From: Malacoraja senta
Lineage: Eukaryota
DNA length: 64,000 nt
Assembly (NCBI GenBank): GCA_038087875.1
Contig: CM075996.1
Location: forward strand, 5,024,001-5,088,000
Direction of reading: 5' to 3'
How positions within the stretch are numbered: position 1 is the first letter of the stretch; each line of letters begins with the position of its first letter. Shown here one piece after another: positions 38,773-50,828 of this stretch. The notes under the pieces are model-generated. The model was not told the DNA's origin. It saw only the letters and a list, made by a program, of their open reading frames with translations, and ran no database searches. Position numbers and translations under genes: made by a program.

Positions 38773-39662
38773 AGGGCCTGTCCCACTTGGACAACCTAAT
38801 CCACGAGTTTAGAAGACATAGAAAAACATAGAAAATAGGTGCAGGAGGAGGCCATTCGGCCCTTCGAGCCAGCACCGCCATTCATTGTGATCATGGCTGA
38901 TCGTCCCCTATCAATAACCCGTGCCTGCCTTCTCCCCATATCCCTTGACTCCACCAGCCCCTAGAGCTCTATCTAACTCTCTCTTAAATCCATCCAGTGA
39001 TTTGGCCTCCACTGCCCTCTGTGGCAGGGAATTCCATAAATTCACAACTCTCTGGGTGAAAACGTTTTTTTTTCACCTCAGTCTTAAATGACCTCCCCTT
39101 TATTCTAAGACTGTGGCCCCTGCTTCTGGACTCGCCCAACATTGACCCTAGATGAGTTGAAAAAAATGTCAAGGTCGTGTTGACTCGCCGAAGTAAAAGA
39201 CCTCCTACGACCTCCTATGAATAAGTCTACGACCTCCTACGACTATGTCTACGACCTCCTACGACCCCCCTCGACCTCAGTCTTCCACACCTAAGATCAA
39301 CTACGACTAGCTACGAGTGGAAAATGATCACATGAGAAAATGATGTCATGTTTGCCTTTTTTTCTCGGGCCTGTTACCGACCCACGACTACCATCACGAC
39401 CTACTACAACCTACCTACGAGTAAAAAGTAGCAATATTTTCCATGCCAACCTTTTTTTTTTTACTCGTGGACATTTTTTTATCAGGCTAGAAAAAACGCC
39501 GCAACCTACTTGCGGCCGCGAGTACGCGGAGACCACTCACGAGCACGAGGAAGAGTTACAAAGACCTCCTACGACCTCGTGGCGACCATGCTGCTGCGAG
39601 TATGAGTCAAGGGCAAACTCGGCAGAGGTCGCCAATTAGGTTGTGAATGTGGGACAGGGGCT
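38773..39662. mobile_element. PIF/Harbinger-type MITE with a nested CR1 fragment (~38812-39143, minus)
   Basis: TAA|AGGGCCTGTCCCACTT...ATGTGGGACAGGGGCT|TTA. Internal (CTACGACCT)-like repeats. Confidence 0.7.
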
Positions 39663-40144
39663 TTAGCAGGAGATGAGTGGAGGTTGACCCAAAGGGAAAG
39701 GCTTCGACTGGGGTCAAAGTTATTAAAATGAGAACAGATGGATGAAGGTGTTTTGAGAGAGGATCCCATAAGGAAGAATGTTGGTATTTTCTCACACTGT
39801 CCAGAGAGTTCAAGCCAGATTGTAGGTTTAGGGTTAGATTTCTTATTGTCAAGTCAAACTCAAGTCAAGAGCGTTTTATTGTCTTATGTCCCAAACAGAA
39901 CAATGAAATTCTTAGAGGAGGTCTGCAAAATGATGCCCTGGTGCTCATATGTGGGGTCATGGTCCAGGAATGAGGAGGAGATCTTCGACGGCCACCTCCT
40001 GGCATCAGTGCGGTAGAGGTCAGCTCGACCCACGACTGTCTATCAATGAAATTCTTACTTACCGCAGGCAACAGAATATGTAAACATAGTACTCTTGTAA
40101 AAAATGAGGCAGAGACAGAGGCACAGAGAGGGATAGCCAGAGAA

Positions 40145-40179
<35 letters not shown>

Positions 40180-40344
40180 AAGAGGCAGAGAGAGAGAAAG
40201 AGAAAGAAAGAGAATGATAGAAAGAGAGAGAGAGAAAGAGAAAGATACAGAATGCAGACATAGTTCTCAGCATTGTAGCGCATCAGTTCCATAGACAAAG
40301 TCCAACGTCCAGATCCCATCAATCTCATTCCCTTCTCCACTTAT

Positions 40345-40850
40345 ATTCCTGGGGACCGCCGATAAAAACATCGCGGAGCCGCGGGTCTGTGGAGCGGCCA
40401 GCTGCGGGCGGCAGCGCTGACTTTAACATCGCGGAGCCTGGGATCTCTCGCCGAGATCGCCAGTAAGTGGAGCTCCGTCCAGAGCGGCCTGTTGGCTTGG
40501 AAGCCGCGGTCTCCGGTAAGAAGGCGGCCGTTCCTGGCACCACCAAGCCGCTGAGAGGGTTCTCCCGACGCCGGAGTACCATCACCCGGCGAGAACGGCC
40601 AGGAACATCGAGCCTCCGTAGCGGCGACTGTGGAGGCCTCAATAGGCCCGACTATGGGTGGACATGGGGATGGGGACTGGACTTTGTGCCTTCCCCCACA
40701 GTGGGAACCATTGTGGGGGGATGTTTTTATGTTTTTATGTTAAACTTCTTTAATGCTATGTTGTATTTTTATTAGTGTGCTGCAAGGACCTCTGAATTTC
40801 CCCTGAATAAGGGGATTAATAAAGTAAAAATCAAATCAAATCAAATCAAT
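40345..40850 (+). mobile_element. GC-rich non-coding retroposon fragment with (AATCA)n tail
   Basis: Body shared with 63508-63860. 3' end ATTTCCCCTG...GGGGATTAATAAAGTAAA(AATCA)n. Confidence 0.6.
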
Positions 40851-40932
40851 CCATAGATTCTCCATGTCCAGGTCTCTGGCGATGTAAGGCAGCAACTCTA
40901 CCGCTGTGCCACTGTGCCGCCACTAAACTCAC

Positions 40933-41005
40933 CACCCCAGGTGAGGCTCAAACCCACAACCCCTGGCTTAGGAGGCCAGTGTCTTATCCATTAGGCCACC
41001 GGGGT
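40933..41005 (-). tRNA. tRNA-Arg(CCT), probably a pseudogene
   Basis: Minus strand ACCCCGGTGGCCTAATGGATAAGACACTGGCCTCCTAAGCCAGGGGTTGTGGGTTTGAGCCTCACCTGGGGTG (73 nt). Acceptor and anticodon stems pair, anticodon CCT. The T-loop reads GTTTGAG instead of GTTCGAG and there is a D-stem mismatch. Confidence 0.75.
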
Positions 41006-41332
41006 TGTTGGATTTAGTGGAAAGATTTTTCATTATAAACAGAGTGGCTGATGTCTGGAACTCACTGCCAGAGGAGGGGGTGGGGGGGGGGGGGGGGTGG
41101 GGGGGGAGGCAGTGCAATCACTACATTTAAGAGGCACTAGGCAGGCATTTAAATAAGCAACAAGTAGAATCATATGGACTATGGGATTAGAGTGGATGGG
41201 CAAAAAAAGGGTCAGCATGGACGAGGTGGGCTGAAGGGCCCGTTCTGTGCTCGGTTTCCAATTTGTCAAAAGAGCTAAATGGATTAATCCCTAGATCATT
41301 CCAATGTCAGCCTGTGGCAAAGTCTGATCATA

Positions 41333-41842
41333 GGACCCAGAATGCAGCCGCCCGACTCATCACCCACACCAAATCCTGGCACCACATCACCCCAGTTCTC
41401 AAAGAACTCCACTGGCTTCCCATTTCCCACCGGATCATCTACAAAATCCTGGTCCTCACCTACAAAGTCCTCAACCACTTGCCCCCCCCCCCCTTATCTC
41501 ACTGACCTCCTCTCCCCCTACCAACCCTCACGGTCCCTCAGATCCACATCAGCTGGTCTCCTCTCCACACCGAAATCAAACCTCTGCACTTTTGGAGGCA
41601 GAGACTTCTCCAGGGCAGCTCCCAGGCTCTGGAATTCCCTCCCACAACTGATCCGAAATTCTGAGTCCCTCACCATCTTCCAGTCCCGCCTCAAGACCCA
41701 TCTCTACACCTCTGCATACCCTTAGTCCCATGTTCCCCTCCCCTTTGCATCTCTGTCTTACTGCTCTATTTTGTTTTGTTTATTCTTGACTCTCAATTGT
41801 AAAGCGACTTTGAGTCCTGAAAAGCGCTATATAAATAAAATA

Positions 41843-41871
<29 letters not shown>
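41333..41871 (+). mobile_element. L2 LINE 3' end
   Basis: QNAAARLITHTKSWHHITPVLKELHWLP...APRLWNSLP, then tail TGTAAAGCGACTTTGAG...AAAGCGCTATATAAAT(ATT)n. Confidence 0.9.
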
Positions 41872-41873
<2 letters not shown>

Positions 41874-42258
41874 GGATGTTTTCTCCCCCCCAAAATTAAA
41901 GCAGACAACCACTGTACCATGGCTTCACAAATGAATGTTCTTCCCAATATGCATCAGAGCAACAGAATCTGCGAATGCACCAAATTCACTCCATTTCTGT
42001 GTGTTGAAGTGATTTCTGGCTGAGCAATAGAGGTCCTCAGTTTATTAGCTGTTTTAAAAGCATTGCCACCAGCTTTTTGGGGAATGAGGAAAATGTTTTG
42101 CAATGCTAAGTGCTATCTGCACCGGGGAATAATTCACATTGGAAAATGCACGAGTGTGAGGATTGCTGAGATACTGACTGATATTTACAGTAGTTTATAG
42201 TTTAGAGATACAGCGTGGAAACAGGCTCTTGAGCCCAGCGATCCCTGCATGGTAACAC

Positions 42259-42669
42259 CAAAGATCCTATAGTGGAGCAAGATAGACCACTCCTGCTAAA
42301 TGCAATGGGCTGACGTGTGGTACGCAACGGAGCGGAACGTGGGCCTTTTTTTCATCCATTTCAGTAACCCGACCCGATCTGACCCGACTCGCAGTGTAAT
42401 CAACGTTGCGGGGGAACAGTTTGTGTTAATAAATTATAATTCTGAAAACGAGGAGAAGATTTTTACCAAAGAACTTTTATTTTTTACGAGGATGTTTCCG
42501 TAACCGGCTTCCGTCTCCGCACTAGTTATCTTTGCTCCGCTATGGGATCTTTGGTGCGGAGATGGAAGCCGGTTACGGAAATGGGGCCGAAAATTACCCA
42601 TGAATCTGCCCATGACCGTACTACGTCTTTTTCGTCGAGTGGTCTATCTTGCTCGCTATAGGATCTTTG
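42259..42669. mobile_element. hAT-type MITE, copy 1 (inserted in an HE1-like SINE)
   Basis: ~33-bp TIR CAAAGATCCTATAG...GAGCAAGATAGACCACTC. 8-bp TSD GGTAACAC / GTTAACAC. Confidence 0.85.
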
Positions 42670-43276
42670 GTTAACACTATCCGACACAAACACACACACA
42701 CACGTGACAATTTACATTTATACAAAGCCAATTAACCTGCAAGTCTTTGGAGTGTGGGAGGAAACGGATGATCTTGGAGAAAACCCAAGCGGTCACGGGG
42801 AGAACTCTGTACAAACTCCGTACAGACAGCACCCGTAATCGGGATCGAACCCAGGTCTCTGGCGCTGAAAGTGCTGTAAAACAAAAACTCTGCCGCTGCC
42901 CCACCGTGCCGCCCGCGAATTTAATCAGAAAAAAAAGGTACACTTAGGTTAGATACACGGACTGCAAGGCAGTGTGAGCAAATACACGTGGGTAAAGGCA
43001 TGCCCACATCCCACCCTCCAGAAAGTAGCTCCTGGGTCTCTGTGTTCATGTTTCCTTCGCCAGTTTCAAGTTTATACTGCAGCGCACTCTGCCTTTGTTA
43101 CATAGTTAGTTTGATCTATTGTCAAGTGTACAGAGGTACAGTGAAAAGCTTTTTTGTTGCAAGCTACCCAGTCAGCAGAAAGACTATTCATGATTGCAAT
43201 CAAACCATCCACAGATACAGGATAAAGGGAATAACGCTTAGTGGAGGATGAAGTCCAGTAAAGTCTGATTGAAGGG

Positions 43277-43580
43277 ATGGTCACGGTGGTGCAGCGGTAG
43301 AGTTGCTGCCTTACAGCGAATGCAGCGCCGGAGACCCGGGTTCGATCCCTACTACGGGTGCTGTCTGTACGGAGTTTGTACGTTCTCCCCGTGACCTGCG
43401 TGGGTTTTCCCCCCCCCGAGATCTTCGGTTTCCACCCACACTCTAAAGTCGTACAGGTTTGTAGGTTAATTGGCTTGGTGAATGTAAAAACTGTCCCCAG
43501 TGGGTGTGGGATCGTGTTAATGTGCGGGGATCGCTGGTCGGCGCGGTCCCGGTGGGCCGAAGGGCCTGTTTCCGCGCTGT
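43277..43580 (+). mobile_element. HE1-like V-SINE
   Basis: A box CACGGTGGTGCAGCGG, B box GGTTCGATCCC, V-domain and tail. Confidence 0.8.
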
Positions 43581-44475
43581 AACAGTTTTTACATTCGCCA
43601 AGCCAATTAACCTGCACCCCTGTACGACAAAAAAAACTTTTCACTGCACCTCTGTACACTTGACAATAAATCAAACTAACTATGTAACAAAGGCAGACAA
43701 AAGTGCTGGAGAAGCTCAGCGGGTGAGTATCTCTAAACTAAAAAACTAAACTAAGATAGTTCAAACGTCTCCAATGAGGTCGATGGTAGGTCAGGACTGC
43801 ACTCTAGTTGATGGTAGGATGGGGAGTGGCTTCACTAGTGGAGGAGGTGAGAGTGGGCTGGAGGCAGCAGGTCTAAAATGGATAGTGGTGAAAGGGAAAG
43901 TGTACCGAGTGCAGTGTTGATCACATTGAGCAGTTTTATGCAGCTTTAAATCTTGTACGCCACATACAGTAACTGCACAAGCACCAAATCTCATCTAATC
44001 AAGTACTGTAATATGGCCACATCAAAAACCCTCAGCTCACCACTTCAAACAGCTTCGCAGTTGGTGTTGCATTTACAAAAGCCTTTCCACATATGCGGAG
44101 CGAATGTTTGAGTGGCACAAACTAAACCCCGATGAATACACTGCCAATTTAAAGTATGTACATCTTCAGCACAACCAGAGAGCAGTGCTGAACTACTGAA
44201 GATAGACACAAAATGCTGGAGTAACTCAGCGGGACAGGCAGCATCTATGGAGAGAGGGAATGGGTGGCGTTTCGGCCCAAGACGCTTCTTCAGACCGATG
44301 TCAGGGGAGAGGGAGATACATAGATAAGGAGGTGTAAGGTGTGAAAACAGGATGGAGGGGATGAAGTTCAAGGAAAATGTAGAATAGACCATTGTTAGCT
44401 GGAAGAAGGTAATAAGAAAGCAAACAGAGATAAAATGTAGTCTGAGACAGTCAGACTGGTCGGAGAACTGGGAAG

Positions 44476-45598
44476 GTGGAGGGATGGAGAGGGAGAGAGA
44501 GGGAGGGAGAGGGAGAGAGAGGGAGAGAGAGGGAGAGAGAGGGAGGGAGAGGGATGGAGAGGGAGGGAGAGGGAGGGAGAGGGATGGAGAGGGATGGAGA
44601 GGGAGAGAGAGAGGGAGAGAGAGGGAGAGAGAGGGAGAGAGAGGGAGAGAGAGGGAGAGAGAGGGAGAGAGAGGGAGAGAGAGGAGAGAGAGGGAGAGAG
44701 AGGGAGAGAGGGAGAGAGAGGGAGAGAGAGGGAGAGAGAGGGAGAGAGAGGGAGAGAGAGGGAGAGAGAGGGAGAGAGAGGGAGAGAGAGGGAGAGAGAG
44801 GGAGAGAGAGGGAGAGAGAGGGAGAGAGAGGGAGAGAGAGGGAGAGAGAGGGAGAGAGAGGGAGAGAGAGGGAGAGAGAGGGAGAGAGAGGGAGAGAGAG
44901 GGAGAGAGAGGGAGAGAGAGGGAGAGAGAGGGAGAGAGAGGGAGAGAGAGGGAGAGAGAGGGAGAGAGAGGGAGAGAGAGGGAGAGAGAGGGAGAGAGAG
45001 GGAGAGAGAGGGAGAGAGAGGGAGAGAGAGGGAGAGAGAGGGAGAGAGAGGGAGAGAGAGGGAGAGAGAGGGAGAGAGAGAGAGAGAGGGAGAGAGAGGG
45101 AGAGAGAGGGAGAGAGAGGGAGAGAGAGGGAGAGAGAGGGAGAGAGAGGGAGAGAGAGGGAGAGAGAGGGAGAGAGAGGGAGAGAGAGGGAGAGAGAGGG
45201 AGAGAGAGGGAGAGAGAGGGAGAGAGAGGGAGAGAGAGGGAGAGAGAGGGAGAGAGAGGGAGAGAGAGGGAGAGAGAGGGAGAGAGAGGGAGAGAGAGGG
45301 AGAGAGAGGGAGAGAGAGGGAGAGAGAGGGAGAGAGAGGGAGAGAGAGGGAGAGAGAGAGGGAGAGAGAGGGAGAGAGAGGGGGAGAGAGGGGGAGAGAG
45401 GGGGAGAGAGGGGAGAGAGGGGAGAGAGGGGGAGAGAGGGGGAGAGAGGGGGAGAGAGGGGAGAGAGGGGGAGGAGAGAGGGGGAGAGAGGGGGAGAGAG
45501 GGGGAGAGAGGGGGAGAGAGGGGGAGAGAGAGAGAGAGAGAGAGAGAGAGGAGCGAGAGAGAGAGCGGAGAGAGAGTGAGAGGTGAGAGAGAGAGAGA
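44476..45598 (+). repeat. ~1.1-kb polypurine tandem repeat, mainly (GGAGAGAGAG)n
   Basis: Directly visible. The long ERG/SL ORFs in the track are artefacts of it. It sits between Penelope-type sequences (44198-44475 and 45599-45660). Confidence 0.97.
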
Positions 45599-46068
45599 AA
45601 GCAAGGTTTTTGAAGTAGAAGCCAATGTTCATCCGCTGGGGTGTAAGCCGCCCAAGAGGAAGTAAGTTATTGGGCAAAGAGTGGAGGTTGTGAGGTGAAA
45701 GAGGTGACAAAGAGACAAGATGTGGACAAGAGAAGTGAAGACAAGGCTGGGGAGGTGATAATTGTGAATTACCAATAATATTGAAAATGTATTTAGTTTG
45801 TTTTTCTGTAACTTTTGGAAAGATAGATTATAGCAATAGAATTGCTATTGTAAAAGGCAAGCCTATCTTTTGAACTTCTGAATAGTTTGCATGCGTTTAG
45901 AGGTGAATACATTTGGCCTCTCCTGGTTTATTTGACTAAGATTTATCTTGTGATGTATCTTTTATTTAGTTAAGTTTAGTTTAGAGATACAGCGTGGCCC
46001 ACCAGGTCCATGCCGGCCAACGATTAAAGTGCACTCGTTTTATCCGACATACTAATGACAGTTCAGAG

Positions 46069-46464
46069 CAAAGACCCTATAGCGAGCAAGATAGTCCACT
46101 CGACGAAAAACACGTAGTACGGTCATGGGCAGATTCATGGGTAATTTTCGGCCCCATTTCCGTAACCGGCTTCCGTCTCCGCACCAAAGATCCCACAGGA
46201 TAATAGTGCGGAGACGGGAGACGGTTACGGAAACATCCTCGTAAAAAATAAAAGTTATTTGGTAAAAATCTTCAACTCATTTTCAAAATTTTAATTTATT
46301 AACACAAACTGTTCCCCCACAACGTTGATTACACTGAGAGTCGGGTCGGGTCGGGTTACTGAAATGGATGAAAAAAAGGCCCACGTTCCGCTCCGTTGCG
46401 TACTACACGTCATCCCATTGCATTTAGCAGGAGTGGTCTATCTTGCTCCGCTATGGAATCTTTG
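46069..46464. mobile_element. hAT-type MITE, copy 2 (opposite orientation)
   Basis: Same TIR as 42259-42669. TSD GTTCAGAG / GTTTAGAG. Confidence 0.85.
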
Positions 46465-47399
46465 GTTTAGAGAGGCCTATTAACCTACACGTCTTTGGCA
46501 TGCGGGAGGAAAACCGAGCACCTGGAGAAAACCCACAAGGTCACAGGGGGGAACGCACAAACTCCTTACAGACAACGCCCATAGTCAAGACCGAACCTGG
46601 GTCTCTGGTGCTGTCAGGCAGCAACTCCACTGCCGCGCCACCCTGCATTTTGATTATATTAATAATCACTATTTTTCAACAAAACAAAATCTGAACTGTA
46701 ATTGTTGCAAGTATATCTCTGTAAACACAGTAATAACTGCTTCTGATCTGCTATTCATCCCATGCACTGACAACACCCAAGCACGCGAATCTTATTAGAT
46801 CCTCTCCATTCTCCACGTATGAAGTTATCAAGTTGTGAATATACTGCCGTGAAATGCTGATCAACCTGCTGAATATTTGCAGCATTTTCTGTTTGACTTC
46901 AGCAATAGCACCTTGTATCTTTGTTGATCTAATATAAAAACAGACAATGCCCAGCAAGTCTGACAGCCTCTGTGGAAAGAGAAACTGTCCATACTTCAGA
47001 CTGAAACGGTTTCTCTTTCCGCAGATGCTGCCTGTCCAGCTAGGATTTTCAGACGTTTAGTTTGGAGATACGGCACTTCGGCCCACCGAGTCCACGCCGG
47101 CCATCGATCACCCATTCACGCTCGTTCTATGCTATCCCACTTTTGCATCCCGAGCTAATTTACAGAAGTCAACTAACCCACAATCCAGCACATCTTTGGA
47201 ATGCGAGTGGAAACCAGAGCGCCTGGAGAAAACCCACGTGGTCACAAACTCCGCACAGATAGCACCCGATGCGAGGATCAAACCGGGGTCTCTGGCGCTG
47301 GAAGGCACCGACTCTACCATTGCGCCATTCTGCCGCACACATGGCGGCTTGTTTTTTAAGTCTTTGAAATCTTTATTAATTTACTCCTTTAATTAAATT

Positions 47400-47588
47400 A
47401 ATTTACATCGACTCCTTTAAGTCGAGACTTAAACTCATCTTTACTCTCAAGCTTTTCTTGACGTCCTCTGAGTGAGGGCTATATGTATGTATTTATGTAT
47501 GTACTACTGACGTAAAGCACTTTGGCCAACGAGAGTTGTTTTATAAATGTGCTATATAAATAAAAGTGACTTGACTCGACTTGACTTG
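47400..47588 (+). mobile_element. L2-type 3' tail fragment
   Basis: GTAAAGCACTTTGG...TAAATGTGCTATATAAATAAAAG(TGACT)n. Confidence 0.6.
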
Positions 47589-48861
47589 ATATTCTCTTTG
47601 TACATTAATCACACTCACTACATTCCTAACCCCTATATCTCAGTAACGGAAAAATACACTACCATGGTCTGAAGAAGGGCCTCGACTTGAAACGTCGCCT
47701 ATTCCTTCTCTCCATAGATGCTGCCTCACCCGCTGAGTTTCTCCAGCATTTTTGTCTACCAACCATGGACTTGTTTTCTAAATGTGTATTTTTGCACTAA
47801 TTTCTTGCTGTTTGTTTGCACGGGCTTTTTCATTTTAATGTCTTGTAGAATATTGATTGATTACTCGATTAATTGAAAGTTACAGCATGGAAACGGGCTC
47901 TGCGGCCCACCATGTCCACGCTGATCATCAATCACTCATCCGCACTAGTTCTGTTATTTAATTTGGGTTTAATTCGTGTTTTTGTGTGTTGTCTGATTCT
48001 ATGCACCTATGATTCTGCTGAAAGCAAGATTTTCATTGCCCCTGTACCTCCAACCTTGCGTGGAAGAAGGAACTGCAGATGCTGGTTTAAACCAAAGATA
48101 GACACAAAAAGCTGGAGTAACTCAGCGGGACAGGCAGCATCTCTGGAGACAAGGAATGGGTGACGTTTCGGGTCACATATCAGGATGAGAGGATACAAGT
48201 TCCAGATAAAACAAAACAGGTTCGGTTCTTTCACTAGCCCAGTGGGACTTTGGTAGAAATTTTTAAAATTACAACAGGGTTAGTAACACGAATGAATTTA
48301 GGGTGTGTTCAAAACAAACAAAGACATTAAAAATGTCAATTACTAAGAAATGGATTAAAGAATTCTTCATTATTTCAAGAAACAACTTGACTCAGAAAGT
48401 AGAATTTCCAACCACTTGAAGAGGTGGAGGTAAAGAGCATAAATGCCCTTAAGTAACTGTGGAAAAATTGATTAGGTGGTCATATTGATAAGATCAGGTT
48501 ACGCAGGGAAAAAAAGAGGCTTGTGTCACTGCTCTGTGGACAAGGGAAGTATCAAGGTTTTAAAACAAATCATTGTACTCAACACCTTTAGCTGGGGCAG
48601 CTACAACCCAGAGGTATGAATATAGATTTATCTAACTTCAACTAACTCTTGCTTTCCCTCTCTCTCCGTCCCCTCCCCCATCCTAGTTCTCCGACTGGTT
48701 TCACTGCCCTCCTGATTAAATATTACTGATTGTGGCCTTGTTGTCACCTTCCCCAGCTAACAACGTACCATTCTACATTTCCTTGACCATCGTCCCCTTT
48801 GATCTGCGTTTTCACACCTCACCCTTACATATCTCTATGTCTCCCTCTCCCCTGGCTCTTA

Positions 48862-48978
48862 AGGGCCTGTCCCATTTGGGGATTTTGTCGGAGACTGTCG
48901 GCATCATTGAATGGTCAACGAAAAAGTCGCGACGTGATGACATCGTTTTTTTTAAATTTAAATTTTTTATTTTTCATT

Positions 48979-49059
<81 letters not shown>

Positions 49060-49534
49060 TTTTAAATTTATTAGAAGTACATTACATTACAACCACATAC
49101 ATTAGTACTCGTCACTTATGTCTTCTTACAATTAATGTACTCCATTTGTTTTTTACACTAGAAAAGGAAAAGATTGAAAGAAAGAAGAAAGTGAAGGAAA
49201 AAGTGAGAGTGTAGAAAATGTGACAACAAAAAAGGACGAAGACCCTATAAGAACAAAATTAAAAACAAAAGAAAAAGAGTTAAGAAATAGACCCTAGAAA
49301 AGAAAGAGAAAGAGAAAGAGGAAAAAGAGAGAAACAAATATTTTTATGAGCATTACGCAAATGGGACATACCAACTCGTTATGACATATTGACGCGCGGT
49401 GTTTCCTCAAGTGTCGCAACATTTGTTTTGTCGCCGCTGGATTTTGAAATGGTTAAAATCTTTCGGCGACCCCGATGCGTCAGTCAATGACGCCGGCAGT
49501 CGCCGAAATTTTGTTTCCAAGTGGGACAGGCCCT
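48862..49534. mobile_element. PIF/Harbinger-type MITE carrying an L1 3' UTR insertion (~48945-49378, minus)
   Basis: TTA|AGGGCCTGTCCCATTTGG...CCAAGTGGGACAGGCCCT|TTA. The insert matches the reverse complement of the L1 3' UTR at ~28060-28160 and has (TA)n in its tail. Confidence 0.85.
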
Positions 49535-49904
49535 TTAGTCTGAAGAAGGTTCTCGACCCAAAACATCACCCATTCCTTCTTTCCAGAGATGCTGCCTGCC
49601 CCGCCTGAGTTACTCCAGCATTTTGCGCCTATCTTCAGTGTAAACCAGCATCTGCAGATCCTTCTTACACATTGTACTCACTGAAAACTGAGATGTGAAG
49701 GCCATATGATTTAGAGAGGCCTCAGCAATGTCCACAGGCGATATTTGTTTTCTAAATGTTCAGACTTCACTCTCCAAACCTCTGCATGGTTAGATTTCGC
49801 AGACCATGCACCTTTGGCATGACTTAACAAAATGAATTACCTCACACTTGTCAGGTAATTCCATCTGCAATTCCATCTGCCATCCCTTGGTCTACTTCCC
49901 CAAG

Positions 49905-50500
49905 TAGAAACATAGGTGCAGGAGTAGGCCTTTCGGCCCTTCGAGCCAGCACCGCAATTCAATATGATCATGGCTGATCATCCAAAATCAGTACCCTGTT
50001 CCTGCTTTCTCCTCATATCCCTTGATTACATTAGCCCCAAGAGCTACATCTAACTCTCTCTTGAAAACATCCAGTGAATTGGCCTCCACTGTCTTCTGTG
50101 GCTGAGAATTCCACAGATTCACAACTCTCTGGGTGAAGAGGTTTTTCCTCATCTCAGTCCTAAGTGGCCGACCCCTTATTCTTAAAGTGTGACCCCTGGT
50201 TCTGGACTCCCCCAACATCGGGAACATCAGTTGATCCAGATGCTTTTGTAAACTTGGATATCCTTTCTCGCTGTCCACTATGCCACCTACGTTGGTGTCA
50301 CCTGCAAATTGTCTAACCACATGAACTGCACTGTCATACAAGTTGTTAATATAATTGACAAACAATAGTGGACTCAGCACAGATCCCTGTGGTCATCATC
50401 AGCCATTGGACTCCAATCAGACCAACAACTCTCCACTACCCCACGCTGACCTCTTCCAGCAAGCCAATTTTGAATCCATTTGGCGAGGTCACCATGGCTT
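49905..50500 (-). mobile_element. CR1 LINE fragments (RT piece joined to a 3' end)
   Basis: LSPLLFVNYINNL...QFAGDTNVGGIVDSE then MFPMLGESRTRGH... Confidence 0.8.
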
Positions 50501-50534
50501 TAGTTTCTAGTTTTTTTTTTGTTACAGATTCCAC

Positions 50535-50828
50535 GAGATACAGCGTGGAAACAGGCCCTTCGGCCCACCGGGCCCGCACCGACCAGCGATCCCCACACAT
50601 TAAAATTACACGACACACACTAGGGACAATTTGCATTTATACCGAGCCAATTAAGCTACAAAACTGTGCGTCTTTGGAGCGCGGGAGGAAACCGAGGATC
50701 TTGGAGAAAACCCACGCAGGTCACGGGGAGAACGTACCAACTCCCTACAGACAGCACCCATAGTCAGGATCGAACCCGGGTCTCTGGCGCTGTAAGGCAG
50801 CAACTCTACCCGCTGCGCCACCGTGCTG
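50535..50828 (-). mobile_element. HE1-like V-SINE
   Basis: Reverse complement of the SINE consensus seen at 15304 and 43277. Further partial copies at ~21062, 42680, 46470, 47060, 54340, 61005 and 63435. Confidence 0.8.

Noticed and set aside
39195..39420. Short repeats (CTACGACCT) that could suggest a CRISPR-like array
   Set aside because: Irregular 9-10 bp motifs with no unique spacers, internal to a Harbinger-type MITE in a vertebrate genome.
44045..45710. Long ORFs of 330-526 aa (SLSLPLSP / ERGRERE)
   Set aside because: Translations of the (GGAGAGAGAG)n satellite, open in several frames on both strands.
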